NCBI GenBank assembly: GCA_963704765.1
Contig: CAVPHQ010000001.1
Span: forward strand, 1,864,024 to 1,928,023
Direction: 5' to 3'
Source: an uncultured Alphaproteobacteria bacterium
GTDB taxonomy: Bacteria > Pseudomonadota > Alphaproteobacteria > Rhizobiales > Xanthobacteraceae
Length of the DNA: 64,000 nucleotides
Part shown: positions 19,944 through 31,231 of the stretch, piece after piece
Layout of the letters: every line of letters starts with the position of its first letter
Position numbering within the stretch: position 1 is the first letter of the stretch
Notes under the pieces: model-generated
What the model was told of the DNA's origin: nothing
What the model saw: the letters and a program-made list of their open reading frames with translations, nothing else
Database searches by the model: none
Made by a program: the position numbers and the translations under genes

Positions 19944-22900
19944 TCAGCGGCGCTCCGCGGGAATGTCGGCCCACGGATCGCGCGCCGGCAGCCGCGGCGG
20001 CACGATCACCGGCCGTTGAGGAATTGCGCCCGGCGGCGGACGCACCTCGACCGGCGGCGGCAGGGGCGGCAGCGGAACGCGCGCCGTAGGCGACGCGGGC
20101 GGCGTTCCGGCCGGCGGCTCGACCATGACCGGCGGCGTGCCCGGCGGTTTGGCATCGCGCCGTTCGATCTCGCGCATCTCGCGCTCCATCGCGCGCAGCG
20201 CGATCGCACCCGCCAGCGCCGCGGCCTCGATCCGGCGCTCCGGCGCCGCGAGCGGCCCGCTCCAGCGCACGACGGCGCCCGGCCGCACCGTGATCGCCTC
20301 GGGCGCCGGCGCCTCGAGCTCGATCGTCGCATCGAGCAGCAGGCGCGGAACATCGATGCTGCCGAGCGCGGCGACCTGCACCGGCCCGGCGTTCGCCCGC
20401 ACCGAGCTGATGCGGGCGATGCCGGCCACCAGCGTCATCGGCGCTTCGACGCGCGCGAGCGCGAGCGGCCCGCGCGCAAACAGCGAGGCAAGCAGCGCCG
20501 CGGTCTTGGTCTCGTCGGGCGGCGGATTGCTCGCGGTGGCGAGCACCGCGCCGAGCGCACCGGGATCGAGCTGAGCGATCTCGAAGCTCTCCATCGTGAG
20601 AAGGCCCTGCCCCGCAAGACTAGCCACCAGCGCCGTGGGCGATTTCCCGCTGCCGGCGAAAGTAAGCGTCAGGTCCCCGCGCCCATGCAGATCGGTTTTG
20701 ACGCCAGCTCCCGCGAGCAGGCGCGCAAGATCGGCGCCGGAAAGCGCCGCGCGCGCTTCGAGCGCAAGCGCCTCGCCGCGCGCGAGCTTGGCGCTGCCGG
20801 TCAGGCGCCCGCCGCCGAGCGTGGCGGAAAAGGCCTCGATCACGGTCTCGGCCGCGCCGAATTTCAGCGAGAAGCGCGCATCGTCGGCAACGAGCGGCCC
20901 GCTCAAGACGAGCTTCGATACTTCCAGCTCCAGGCCGCCATTCACGCGCTCGAACGGAACCGGCCCAAAGTCCGCGTCGCTCCATAGGGCGTCGGCCCTC
21001 GCCGGCCCAGCATTTCCAAGGCTTAGCGCCAGGATGGCGGGAAGCTCCGCGCGGTCGATGGCGATCCGGCCGGAGACCGAGAGCGGCGATGCGGCCGCCA
21101 GCGCGAGACGGCCGCTCACGCGCGCATCGGCAACCGAAAGCTTGATCTCTTCCAGCGCGAAGCCCGCATCGCCGCGCACGAGACGAAGCGATCCCGCCGC
21201 CGGCAGCGCCCGCGCGCTCGCGCGCGCGAAGGCGGCCGCGAGCGGGCGCAGGTCCGTGGCGTCGAGCCGCAGCGCAAGCTTCGGCTCAAAGCGTCCCTCG
21301 GCGCTGCGGCCGATCTCGCCTTCGACATCGATCCGGCTGCCGGGAGCCGTGAGCCGCGCGGTCACGGCCAGCGCGCCGTTGCGCGGCCCGGCCGCGGTGA
21401 ATTCGAGCCGCGCCTCGCCCGGCACCGCCATGCCGGGCGAAATGCCGAAGAACGTGACGAGGCGGCCGGTGTTGGCCGCCGAAAGCACGAGCCGCAACTC
21501 CGAGAGCATCAGCGCTCCCGCATCGAACTTGGCCTGCAGGCCGGCGTCGATCTCGGCCAGCCGCGCGGTCGCCTGGATCACCGCCGGCGAGCCGGGCCCC
21601 GCGTCGGAGACCGTGCCGGAAATCTTGAGCGGCGTCAGCGCCTCGGCGATGCGGCGCGCGAGCGTCGCCGTGTCGCCCTCCCCGAGCCAGGCCTCGACCG
21701 TCTCGCCGAGCCCTTCCGCCTTGCGCAGTTCCGCTTCGAACGCGGTGCGGCTTTCCGCGCGCTCCCGTTCGGTCTTGATCGTCAACCGTCCGCCGATCTT
21801 GAGATCGCCCTCCGGCGCCGCGGCGACGGCCGCGCCCGAAAGCCAGCGCACCAGCCCGGCCGGATCTTCTGCTTCAAGCACCACTTCGCCGGAGAACAGC
21901 GCATCGCGAGCGCCGCCGGTCGCGCGCAGCAGGCCGCGGCCCGGCAGCCGCGCCTCGAGCCGCTCGAACGCAAGGCCCTCCGGGCGCACGAGCAAGTCGG
22001 CGCGCACCTCGCGCAACACGCCGCCGCTCGCGGAAATATTCTCGGCCGTGAAGCCGAGTCGCCCCGCATAGGGCAATACGCCGGCGAGCGCCACGAGGTC
22101 CTTGAGCGTGGCGAATGCCGGGCCGAACCCGCGCGGCGCATTCGGCGCGGCCGCCGGGCGATCGAGATCGATCCGCCGCGCGGCGAGCGCGCCGTCGATG
22201 CGACGCGCCGGCGGCTCGAAGCGCACCTGGCCCACAAGATCGATCGGCGTCTCGGAATTGGCGAGCGTCAGCTGCAAGCCTTCGAGCAGGACGAGCGCCG
22301 CGCTCGCGCGCACGTTCATGGAAATCCGCGCCGGCCCCGAGCCCGCGCGCCAGGCGAGCGTCGTCTTGCCCTCGAAGCGCGGCACCGCGTCGGCGACCGC
22401 GAGCGCGCCGTCGGCGTCGAGCGAAATCCCCGCCTCGGCGCTCTCCAGCGAAAGCCGCAGGCGCCCGGAAGACTCGGGCCCGACGCGGCCGAGATTGACG
22501 CGCGCGCTCCAGCGCCGGTCTTTCAGCAGCGCGGAAACATCGAGGCGGAACGGCCCGGCCAGCGAGCGCAACTCGCCGCTCGCGCGGACCTCCTCGAATT
22601 CGTGCACCGCGCCATTGGCGCGATCCTCGACCCGAAACGTGCCGTTGACGATCGAGATGCGCGAGATCGCGAGCTGGTCCACCGCGAGTCGCGGCCCCGG
22701 CAGCGGGAACAGCACCTGACCGCCGGCATCGATCACGACGCCCATGCTGGGCCGCCGCAGCACCAGTTCCTCGGCCTCGATCACGCCGCGCATCAGCGGC
22801 CCGAGCGAGAGCAGGCCCTGCAGCTGCGCCGCGCGCAGGCCGGCCGGGCCGCCGATCTCGATGTCGTTCAGCAGGAACGAAGGTTGCGGCAGGATGGTCG

Positions 22901-23063
22901 CTGAAATATCGCCGCGGATTTTCACCGGCGCGCCGGCGAGCGCGCTGGCGCGGCTCTCGAACGTGCTGCGCCAGGCGTTCCAGTCGACGAACGCCGGCGC
23001 CGAGAGCGCCGCCGCGATGGCCGCGATCAGGATCAGCGCAAGACCCAGAAGCGTGTGCTGCAC
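19944..23063 (-). CDS. AsmA-family outer-membrane biogenesis protein
   Basis: About 1039 aa. N-terminal TM LLGLALILIAAIAAALSAPAF and a long repetitive beta-rich body. Start trimmed to GTG 23063, because the track start lies inside a REP element. Confidence 0.75.
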   Translation of the reverse strand: MQHTLLGLALILIAAIAAALSAPAFVDWNAWRSTFESRASALAGAPVKIRGDISATILPQPSFLLNDIEIGGPAGLRAAQLQGLLSLGPLMRGVIEAEELVLRRPSMGVVIDAGGQVLFPLPGPRLAVDQLAISRISIVNGTFRVEDRANGAVHEFEEVRASGELRSLAGPFRLDVSALLKDRRWSARVNLGRVGPESSGRLRLSLESAEAGISLDADGALAVADAVPRFEGKTTLAWRAGSGPARISMNVRASAALVLLEGLQLTLANSETPIDLVGQVRFEPPARRIDGALAARRIDLDRPAAAPNAPRGFGPAFATLKDLVALAGVLPYAGRLGFTAENISASGGVLREVRADLLVRPEGLAFERLEARLPGRGLLRATGGARDALFSGEVVLEAEDPAGLVRWLSGAAVAAAPEGDLKIGGRLTIKTERERAESRTAFEAELRKAEGLGETVEAWLGEGDTATLARRIAEALTPLKISGTVSDAGPGSPAVIQATARLAEIDAGLQAKFDAGALMLSELRLVLSAANTGRLVTFFGISPGMAVPGEARLEFTAAGPRNGALAVTARLTAPGSRIDVEGEIGRSAEGRFEPKLALRLDATDLRPLAAAFARASARALPAAGSLRLVRGDAGFALEEIKLSVADARVSGRLALAAASPLSVSGRIAIDRAELPAILALSLGNAGPARADALWSDADFGPVPFERVNGGLELEVSKLVLSGPLVADDARFSLKFGAAETVIEAFSATLGGGRLTGSAKLARGEALALEARAALSGADLARLLAGAGVKTDLHGRGDLTLTFAGSGKSPTALVASLAGQGLLTMESFEIAQLDPGALGAVLATASNPPPDETKTAALLASLFARGPLALARVEAPMTLVAGIARISSVRANAGPVQVAALGSIDVPRLLLDATIELEAPAPEAITVRPGAVVRWSGPLAAPERRIEAAALAGAIALRAMEREMREIERRDAKPPGTPPVMVEPPAGTPPASPTARVPLPPLPPPVEVRPPPGAIPQRPVIVPPRLPARDPWADIPAERR

Positions 23064-23138
23064 GCGGCCTTCCTCGCGCCCGCCAGAATCCCCGCCGCAA
23101 CATCGGGCTTGGCAGGCCCGCGGACAAGCCCTGCTCTC

Positions 23139-23211
23139 CGCTCGATTCCCGCGCAAGCGGGAATCCAGGGCCACAAGTGCACTGGGTCCCCGCTAACGCG
23201 GGGACGAGCGG
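23139..23211. repeat. REP-like nested palindrome, family A
   Basis: GATTCCCGCgcaaGCGGGAATCCAG...GGGTCCCCGCtaacGCGGGGACGAGCGG. Confidence 0.7.
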
Positions 23212-23253
23212 AAATCCCTGCGGGTGGCCGGAAGATCAGCGAGAATAGGCAGA

Positions 23254-24657
23254 TTAGAACGTCAGAATCTTGCCCGGATTTATGATGTTCTGCGGGTCGA
23301 GCGCCTGCTTGATGGCGCGCATCACGCCGAGCGCCGCCTCGCCGTGCTCGGCCGCCAGGTACTTGCGCTTGCCCTGGCCGACCCCGTGCTCGCCGGTCGA
23401 CGTGCCGTCCATGGACAGCGAGCGCTCCACCAGCCGCTCGTGGAACTTGCGCGCCCGCTCGATCTCTTCCTTGTCGTTGGGGTCGAACAGCACCGAAACG
23501 TGGAAATTGCCGTCACCCACGTGGCCGACGATCGGCGCCACCAGCTTCATCTCGGCGATGTCCTTCTGCGTGGCCACCACGCATTCGGCCAGCCGCGAGA
23601 TCGGCACGCACACGTCGGTGGCAAAGCCGGTGGCGCCCTTGCGCAGCTGCATCACCGCCCAATAGGCGTCGTGCCGCGCCTGCCAGAGCTTGGTGCGATC
23701 CTCCGGCTTGGTCGCCCAGGCGAACGGCCCGCCGCCGAACTCGGCCGCGATCTGGCCGAAGCTCTCCGACTGCTCGGCGACCGAAGCGTTCGAGCCGTGG
23801 AATTCGAGAAACAGCGTCGGCGTCTCTTTCAGCGAAAGCTTGGAATAGGCGTTGCACGCCTTCACCTGCAGTTCGTCGAGCAACTCGATGCGCGCGACCG
23901 GAATGCCGGCTTGAATGGTGGCGATGGTCGCGTTGCAGGCGGCCTCGACCGATGGAAACGGGCACACGCCGGCCGAAATCGCTTCCGGGATGCCGGCAAG
24001 CTTGAGCGTGAGCTCCGTGATGACCCCGAGCGTGCCTTCGGAGCCGACGAACAGCTGTGTCAAATTATATCCCGCCGACGACTTCTTCGCCCGCCGCGCG
24101 GTGGTGATCACCTCGCCGTTGGCGAGCACCGCTTTCAGCGAAAGCACGTTGTCCTTCATGGTGCCGTAGCGCACCGCGTTGGTGCCCGAGGCGCGCGTCG
24201 CCGCCATGCCGCCGAGCGAGGCGTCGGCGCCCGGGTCGATCGGGAAGAACAGGCCCTGGTCGCGCAGATATTCGTTCAATTGCTTGCGCGTGACGCCGGG
24301 CTCGATCACGCAATCGAGGTCCTCGGCGTGCACCTTGAGCACCTTGTTCATGCTCATGAGATCGATGCAGACGCCGCCGAGCGGCGCGTTGACGTGGCCC
24401 TCGAGCGAGGTGCCGGTGCCGAACGGAATGACCGGCACGCGATGCTCGGCGCAGATGCCGACCACGCCCTGCACGTCCTCGGTAGAGGCCGCGTAGACCA
24501 CCGCATCCGGCGGCTCGTTGTCGAGCCAGGTCGTGGTGTTGGCGTGCTGGCGCCGCACCGCTTCGGAGGTCACGAGCTTGTTGCCGAAACGCGCCGCGAG
24601 CGCCGTAATCGTGCGCTCGATCGCGGCCGGCTCCCGCTTCTTCAAGGCTTCAGGCAT
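23254..24657 (-). CDS. FAD-linked oxidase (D-lactate dehydrogenase / GlcD-like)
   Basis: 467 aa. FAD_binding_4 region (VIPFGTGTSLEGH) and C-terminal GTSTGEHGVGQGKRKYL. Confidence 0.85.
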   Translation of the reverse strand: MPEALKKREPAAIERTITALAARFGNKLVTSEAVRRQHANTTTWLDNEPPDAVVYAASTEDVQGVVGICAEHRVPVIPFGTGTSLEGHVNAPLGGVCIDLMSMNKVLKVHAEDLDCVIEPGVTRKQLNEYLRDQGLFFPIDPGADASLGGMAATRASGTNAVRYGTMKDNVLSLKAVLANGEVITTARRAKKSSAGYNLTQLFVGSEGTLGVITELTLKLAGIPEAISAGVCPFPSVEAACNATIATIQAGIPVARIELLDELQVKACNAYSKLSLKETPTLFLEFHGSNASVAEQSESFGQIAAEFGGGPFAWATKPEDRTKLWQARHDAYWAVMQLRKGATGFATDVCVPISRLAECVVATQKDIAEMKLVAPIVGHVGDGNFHVSVLFDPNDKEEIERARKFHERLVERSLSMDGTSTGEHGVGQGKRKYLAAEHGEAALGVMRAIKQALDPQNIINPGKILTF

Positions 24658-24766
24658 CGGCTTCCTCCCGGCGCGACCTTAGCAAACGCGCCTGCCCGCG
24701 TCAGTTGCCGCCGGGGGTTGCGCGATGCATGATTATTGCAAGAACAAGAACAAAGGCGGGGATGGA

Positions 24767-25276
24767 ATGTCGCGCAGCAGGGGGATCGAGCCGGTCTATT
24801 TCGCGCCCTTCGTCTCCTCGACGATGACGGTCGAGCCGATCTGGATCGACTATAACGGCCATCTCAACATGGCCTATTACAACGTCCTGATCGACCGGGC
24901 GGTGGACGAGGCTTTTGCGCTGGTCGGGCTCGGACCCGACTATATCCGCGAGCGCGGCGCCTCTTTTTTCACGGCCGAAGCGCACGTGCGCTATGTGCGC
25001 GAGCTGCGCGCCAACGATCCGGTGCGGGTGACGATCCGGCTGATCGACTACGACGAGAAGCGGCTGCATTATTACTGCGAGCTGCATCACGCCAACGAAG
25101 GCTGGCTCTCGGCCACGTCCGAGCAGCTCGGTCTGCACGTCGACACCAAGGCGCGCCGCGTGACGCCCTTCCCCGACGACGTGCTCATCCGCCTGGCGCA
25201 GATGAAGGCGGCGCACGGCAGCCTGCCGTTGCCCGAGGCGATCGGCCGCAGGATCGCCATGCCCGCCAAGAGCTGA
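24767..25276 (+). CDS. hotdog-fold acyl-CoA thioesterase (4HBT family)
   Basis: VEPIWIDYNGHLNMAYYNVLIDRAVDEAF is a typical 4HBT N-terminus. Start at MSRSRG. Confidence 0.75.
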   Translation: MSRSRGIEPVYFAPFVSSTMTVEPIWIDYNGHLNMAYYNVLIDRAVDEAFALVGLGPDYIRERGASFFTAEAHVRYVRELRANDPVRVTIRLIDYDEKRLHYYCELHHANEGWLSATSEQLGLHVDTKARRVTPFPDDVLIRLAQMKAAHGSLPLPEAIGRRIAMPAKS

Positions 25277-25406
25277 ACCACTGCGTTCAGCAAGCGGCGA
25301 TTGCCACGCAAGTAACTGACCGGCTTTGCAAGATTGACTGATAGTGTAAAGGTGCTGAGGATTGGCAAAGCAATCAATCATTACCGTAACCACGCGGGAG
25401 CACGCC

Positions 25407-25604
25407 ATGCAGGTCGGTGAGCTAGTCGTTGGAATTACCTTGATTGCATTGGCCTTCGTCATGCTGCGCGTCGCGCGGACAAAGGACGGCGTTCTTCCCC
25501 CCTTCCTGCGAATTCGTGGAATGAGGCCAGTTTATACGTGGGGCATCCTGCTCGGGATTTTCGTCGGCGCGACGTTCGTCATTCACGGCGTGCTTGCGTA
25601 CTGA
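25407..25604 (+). CDS. small membrane protein (65 aa, 2 TM)
   Basis: RBS GGGAG before ATG 25407. Two hydrophobic helices. Confidence 0.4.
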   Translation: MQVGELVVGITLIALAFVMLRVARTKDGVLPPFLRIRGMRPVYTWGILLGIFVGATFVIHGVLAY

Positions 25605-25775
25605 CCCACTACCGCCCTGCTCAATCCTTACTCAAACCTTTGCGAACCCTGCGTTTCTCGCAGATGAGACATGCGTGCTGCCCTATCTCTCCGGTAGCCG
25701 CCAACTCGTATATTGCATTGCACAAACGAGGAAACGGGAGGGTGTCCCGAGTCCGCCACTGAAGGAGAGACACCC

Positions 25776-26012
25776 ATGACGACGATCACTTACGGAACTG
25801 CCCCGGCCGCTGCCACCAAGACGCAGCTGGCCAAGACGAAGCCGGCCAAGGGCTTCTGGACCCGCGTCTACGACGCCTTCGTCGAGGCGCGCATGCGCCA
25901 GGTCGAGCGCGAAATCCGCAATCACATCCACCTCATCCCCGAGGACGTGCTGAAGAATTCCGGCTACCGCGCGACGCTCCGCGACTCCAAGAACCTGCCC
26001 TTCGTCAAGTAA
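25776..26012 (+). CDS. small hypothetical protein (78 aa)
   Basis: Strong RBS GAAGGAGAG before ATG 25776. Followed by a clean terminator. Confidence 0.5.
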   Translation: MTTITYGTAPAAATKTQLAKTKPAKGFWTRVYDAFVEARMRQVEREIRNHIHLIPEDVLKNSGYRATLRDSKNLPFVK

Positions 26013-26037
26013 GCGACACGGATCACGCGAATTCCAC

Positions 26038-26070
26038 GCCCCGGCGGGCAACCGCCGGGGCGTTTTCTTT
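26038..26070 (+). terminator. rho-independent terminator
   Basis: GCCCCGGCGG-gcaa-CCGCCGGGGC followed by GTTTTCTTT. Confidence 0.65.
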
Positions 26071-26938
26071 ACCGGGCGAGCGTGAGCGTGACCCAGCCCT
26101 CTAACGTGTCGCGCCGCACGAGCTTCAAGCCCACGGCGCGCCAAGCCGCGAGCGCCGCATGGGCCTGATCGGGCAACAATCCCGAGAGCACCACGATGGC
26201 CCGCGGAGCGAGCAATCGCGCCACGGGCCTGGCGAGCAGCTTCAGCGGGCCGAGCACGATATTGGCGAGCACAAAGTCATAAGGCGCGCCGGCGCGGATC
26301 GCCGGAGCATTGGTTCCGTCCGCGTGCACGATGCGAACGAAAGCGCCCGCGCGATTGGCCCGCGCATTCGCGCGCGCGGTTTCGACCGCGACCGGGTCGA
26401 TATCGCACGCCACCACCGGCCGGCGGAAGACGCGCGCGGCGGCGATGGCCAACACGCCGGTGCCGGTGCCGAGATCGAGAATGCGGCGCGGACGCCCCCG
26501 GCGCGCGGCACGCTCGATCGCGCGCAGGCATCCCTGCGTGGTGCCGTGATGGCCGGTGCCGAAGGCAAGCGCCGCCTCGATCTCGATGCCGATTTCGTTC
26601 GGCGCCACCGCTGCGCGATCGTGGCTGCCATGCAGCACGAAGCGCCCGACCCGCACCGGCACGAGCGCCGCGCGGCTCGCCGCGGTCCAGTCCTTCGGCC
26701 CGAGCGTGCCGAACTCGATCGCCGCCGCCGCTTCGTCGCCGGCCGCAACCCGCACCAGTTCCGTGACAACGGCGCGGTCCGGCTCGCGCACGAAGTGTGC
26801 TTCGACGATCCAGTTCCGCTCACCCTCGATCGCCGCCACTGCGGCGCCATATCCATCGAGGCTCTCGGCCAGCAGCGCCGCCGTGCGCTTCGCCGCATCG
26901 GCATCGGCCGCAAGGCGCGCGAAAAAAGTAGCGCTCAC
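26069..26938 (-). CDS. prmA: ribosomal protein L11 methyltransferase
   Basis: FGTGHHGTTQGCL and the SAM motif ILDLGTGTGVLAIAAA. GTG start at 26938. The track ORF 26069..27469 is an over-extension. Confidence 0.8.
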   Translation of the reverse strand: MSATFFARLAADADAAKRTAALLAESLDGYGAAVAAIEGERNWIVEAHFVREPDRAVVTELVRVAAGDEAAAAIEFGTLGPKDWTAASRAALVPVRVGRFVLHGSHDRAAVAPNEIGIEIEAALAFGTGHHGTTQGCLRAIERAARRGRPRRILDLGTGTGVLAIAAARVFRRPVVACDIDPVAVETARANARANRAGAFVRIVHADGTNAPAIRAGAPYDFVLANIVLGPLKLLARPVARLLAPRAIVVLSGLLPDQAHAALAAWRAVGLKLVRRDTLEGWVTLTLAR

Positions 26939-27363
26939 TATTCGAGCGGCCGGCCGCGCAGGTCCTCGGCGCGGTCGATCTTCACCAGCACGCCGAAGCC
27001 GACGTCGGCGCCCTCGTGCTTCTGCTCGCGATCGTTGAGCTTGGCGAAAATCGCGTCCTTGACCGGCCCGCTCTCGTGCACCTTGGCCGTGCCGTAAAAG
27101 CGCAGCACCGCCGATTGCAGCTTCTTTTCGCGGAACGCCTTCATGTTGGAGTAGACCACGACGACGCGCGGATCGTGCGCCAGGTTCGAATGCGCCTTGC
27201 GCTTCGAGCGCTCCCAGTAGGCCAGATGATTGTCGTCGAAGATGATCAGGCTGCCCTTGGGGCTGACGTTCGGCCCGTCCGGGCCGATGGTGGCGACCAG
27301 GCAGACGCAATCGTCGGCCCAGGCATTGTGGATGAAGTCCTTGATTTTCTGGCTGAAGGCCAT
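26938..27363 (-). CDS. pyridoxamine 5'-phosphate oxidase-like FMN-binding protein
   Basis: Split-barrel pattern VCLVATIGPDGPNVSPKGS...HSNLAHDPRVVVVY. Start taken at MAFSQK (27363), because the upstream ATG lies in a REP-like end. Confidence 0.65.
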   Translation of the reverse strand: MAFSQKIKDFIHNAWADDCVCLVATIGPDGPNVSPKGSLIIFDDNHLAYWERSKRKAHSNLAHDPRVVVVYSNMKAFREKKLQSAVLRFYGTAKVHESGPVKDAIFAKLNDREQKHEGADVGFGVLVKIDRAEDLRGRPLE

Positions 27364-27460
27364 GGTCGCTTTCCTTGTCATTCCGGGGCGCGGCAGAGTC
27401 GTCGCGGCCGCACGAAACCTCGCGCAGCCGCCATGGTCTTGTCAAGAGCCGGATTTCCGT

Positions 27461-27555
27461 CTCCCTCATTGCCGGGCTTGACCCGGCAATCCATCGGATG
27501 GTCTCGCGGGCTGTGTCGCTGCATGGATGCCCGGGTCAAGCCCGGGCATGAGGAG
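27461..27555. repeat. composite nested-palindrome element, family B
   Basis: CTCCCTCATTGCCGGGCttgaCCCGGCAATCCATCG ... GCATGGATGCCCGGGtcaaGCCCGGGCATGAGGAG. The two hairpins are inverted relative to each other. Confidence 0.7.
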
Positions 27556-27585
27556 AAAATAAAGGCCGTGCCGTCGAGGACCCGT

Positions 27586-30109
<2,524 letters not shown>

Positions 30110-30142
30110 ACACCACCTAGTACGATTCTATGGGAGAACAAA

Positions 30143-30298
30143 ATGGCACCGGGGGAGGTGTTTGGCGAGGGGACAAGTAGCGAGGCAGCCTCTTTCATCG
30201 TGCTCAATCACGATGGACGTCTATTTCTTAATCGATGGGAAGTCGCCCGAACTAACGGGCAGGCGAAGGTCGCGGCGGTAAGCTTCAGGTCATTGTAG
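30143..30298 (+). CDS. hypothetical 51-aa protein in low-GC island
   Basis: RBS GGGAGA 5 nt before ATG 30143. MAPGEVFGEGTSSEAASFIVLNHDGRLFLNRWEVARTNGQAKVAAVSFRSL. Confidence 0.35.
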   Translation: MAPGEVFGEGTSSEAASFIVLNHDGRLFLNRWEVARTNGQAKVAAVSFRSL

Positions 30299-30328
30299 GA
30301 AGTGCAGTCGGCAAATGAGGTTTGGTTC

Positions 30329-31097
30329 ATGACAGAGCGCTTGGTGGAACTCGACAGCGAGCGTCGACAAGTAGCCAGGTCGCCTGGTACACGATCGGAT
30401 TTGGAATCGTTAGTGAGCACGATTAACGTTGAGGATGTAGTTTCTGCTGGATCTGGCTCTCTTGTGACCACCGGCGTCAGTGAGCGGAATTCAATGCACG
30501 GCGGGCAGCATGTCTGCTTACAAATCTTCCAGACAAGGGCGAGGTTGCCATCGTTGCTCTATCAGCGATCTCTCGTCGCAATTTCAGAGACAAAAGATCG
30601 AGATGGAACATGCAGTAAAGATAATTTTTCGCGGCGAAAAATTTGGACCGATGGTCCAGACTTGGGATTTTTGCGCCTCGCCACCAAACGAACGTAAGCA
30701 GTCTCAAAGCAACCAACGTATTCGCCAACCTGGAATGATACGGAAATCTATACTCGCGCGTCAACAACCTGCGCCTTCGTACGTAGACGCGATCATCGGC
30801 GTTATCGCCGAGCGAACCAAAGATCTTCCTCCAACAGAGACCGAAGGATCGCCGAAGCAATTCGAGGCGCTCTTTTCCAGTGGCAAAACAGTCAATGAGA
30901 GCGAAATCAACGGATATGACCTCGTCGATTTCGAAGTGACTTCCAAACCGGACTTTAAACTTCCAACTAGCTACAAAGGCACTAGCGGCGGTGCTCTATG
31001 GCGATTCTACTTTGCAATGGAGGACAAGTATGCCAGAGCAGGTCGTAGGAAAGAGATTGTTTGGAGTTCCGTCTTTCCAATCGGCGGCAAAGGATAA
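30329..31097 (+). CDS. cytoplasmic trypsin-like (chymotrypsin-fold) serine peptidase-like protein, one +1 shift as assembled (30662-30694)
   Basis: GSGSLV...GQHVC (His codon 30509) and GPDLGFLRL (Asp codon 30659) are in the frame of ORF 30302..30697. YKGTSGGALW (Ser codon 30984) is in ORF 30480..31097. H-D-S spacing is about 50/108 aa. No signal peptide. About 45% GC. Confidence 0.5.
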
Positions 31098-31231
31098 ACG
31101 ATCGAATGCGACTGTGCCACGGACCAAGAAGCATCTACGACAGCAGCTAATCGACAAGCATAGTGGCGACCTTGAGCCCGAGGCGACACCGCCCATCGAC
31201 ACCCTGCGCTGCCCCGCCCTAGAACGCCCCC

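Noticed and set aside
20016-23196. Multiple 100-490-aa ORFs overlapping the AsmA gene on both strands
   Set aside because: All have Arg/Ser/Ala/Pro-dominated compositions without motifs. They are stop-free alternative frames of a 70% GC gene.
23224-24732. 502-aa plus-strand ORF
   Set aside because: It is antisense to the well-supported FAD-linked oxidase (23254..24657). The composition is that of a shadow ORF.
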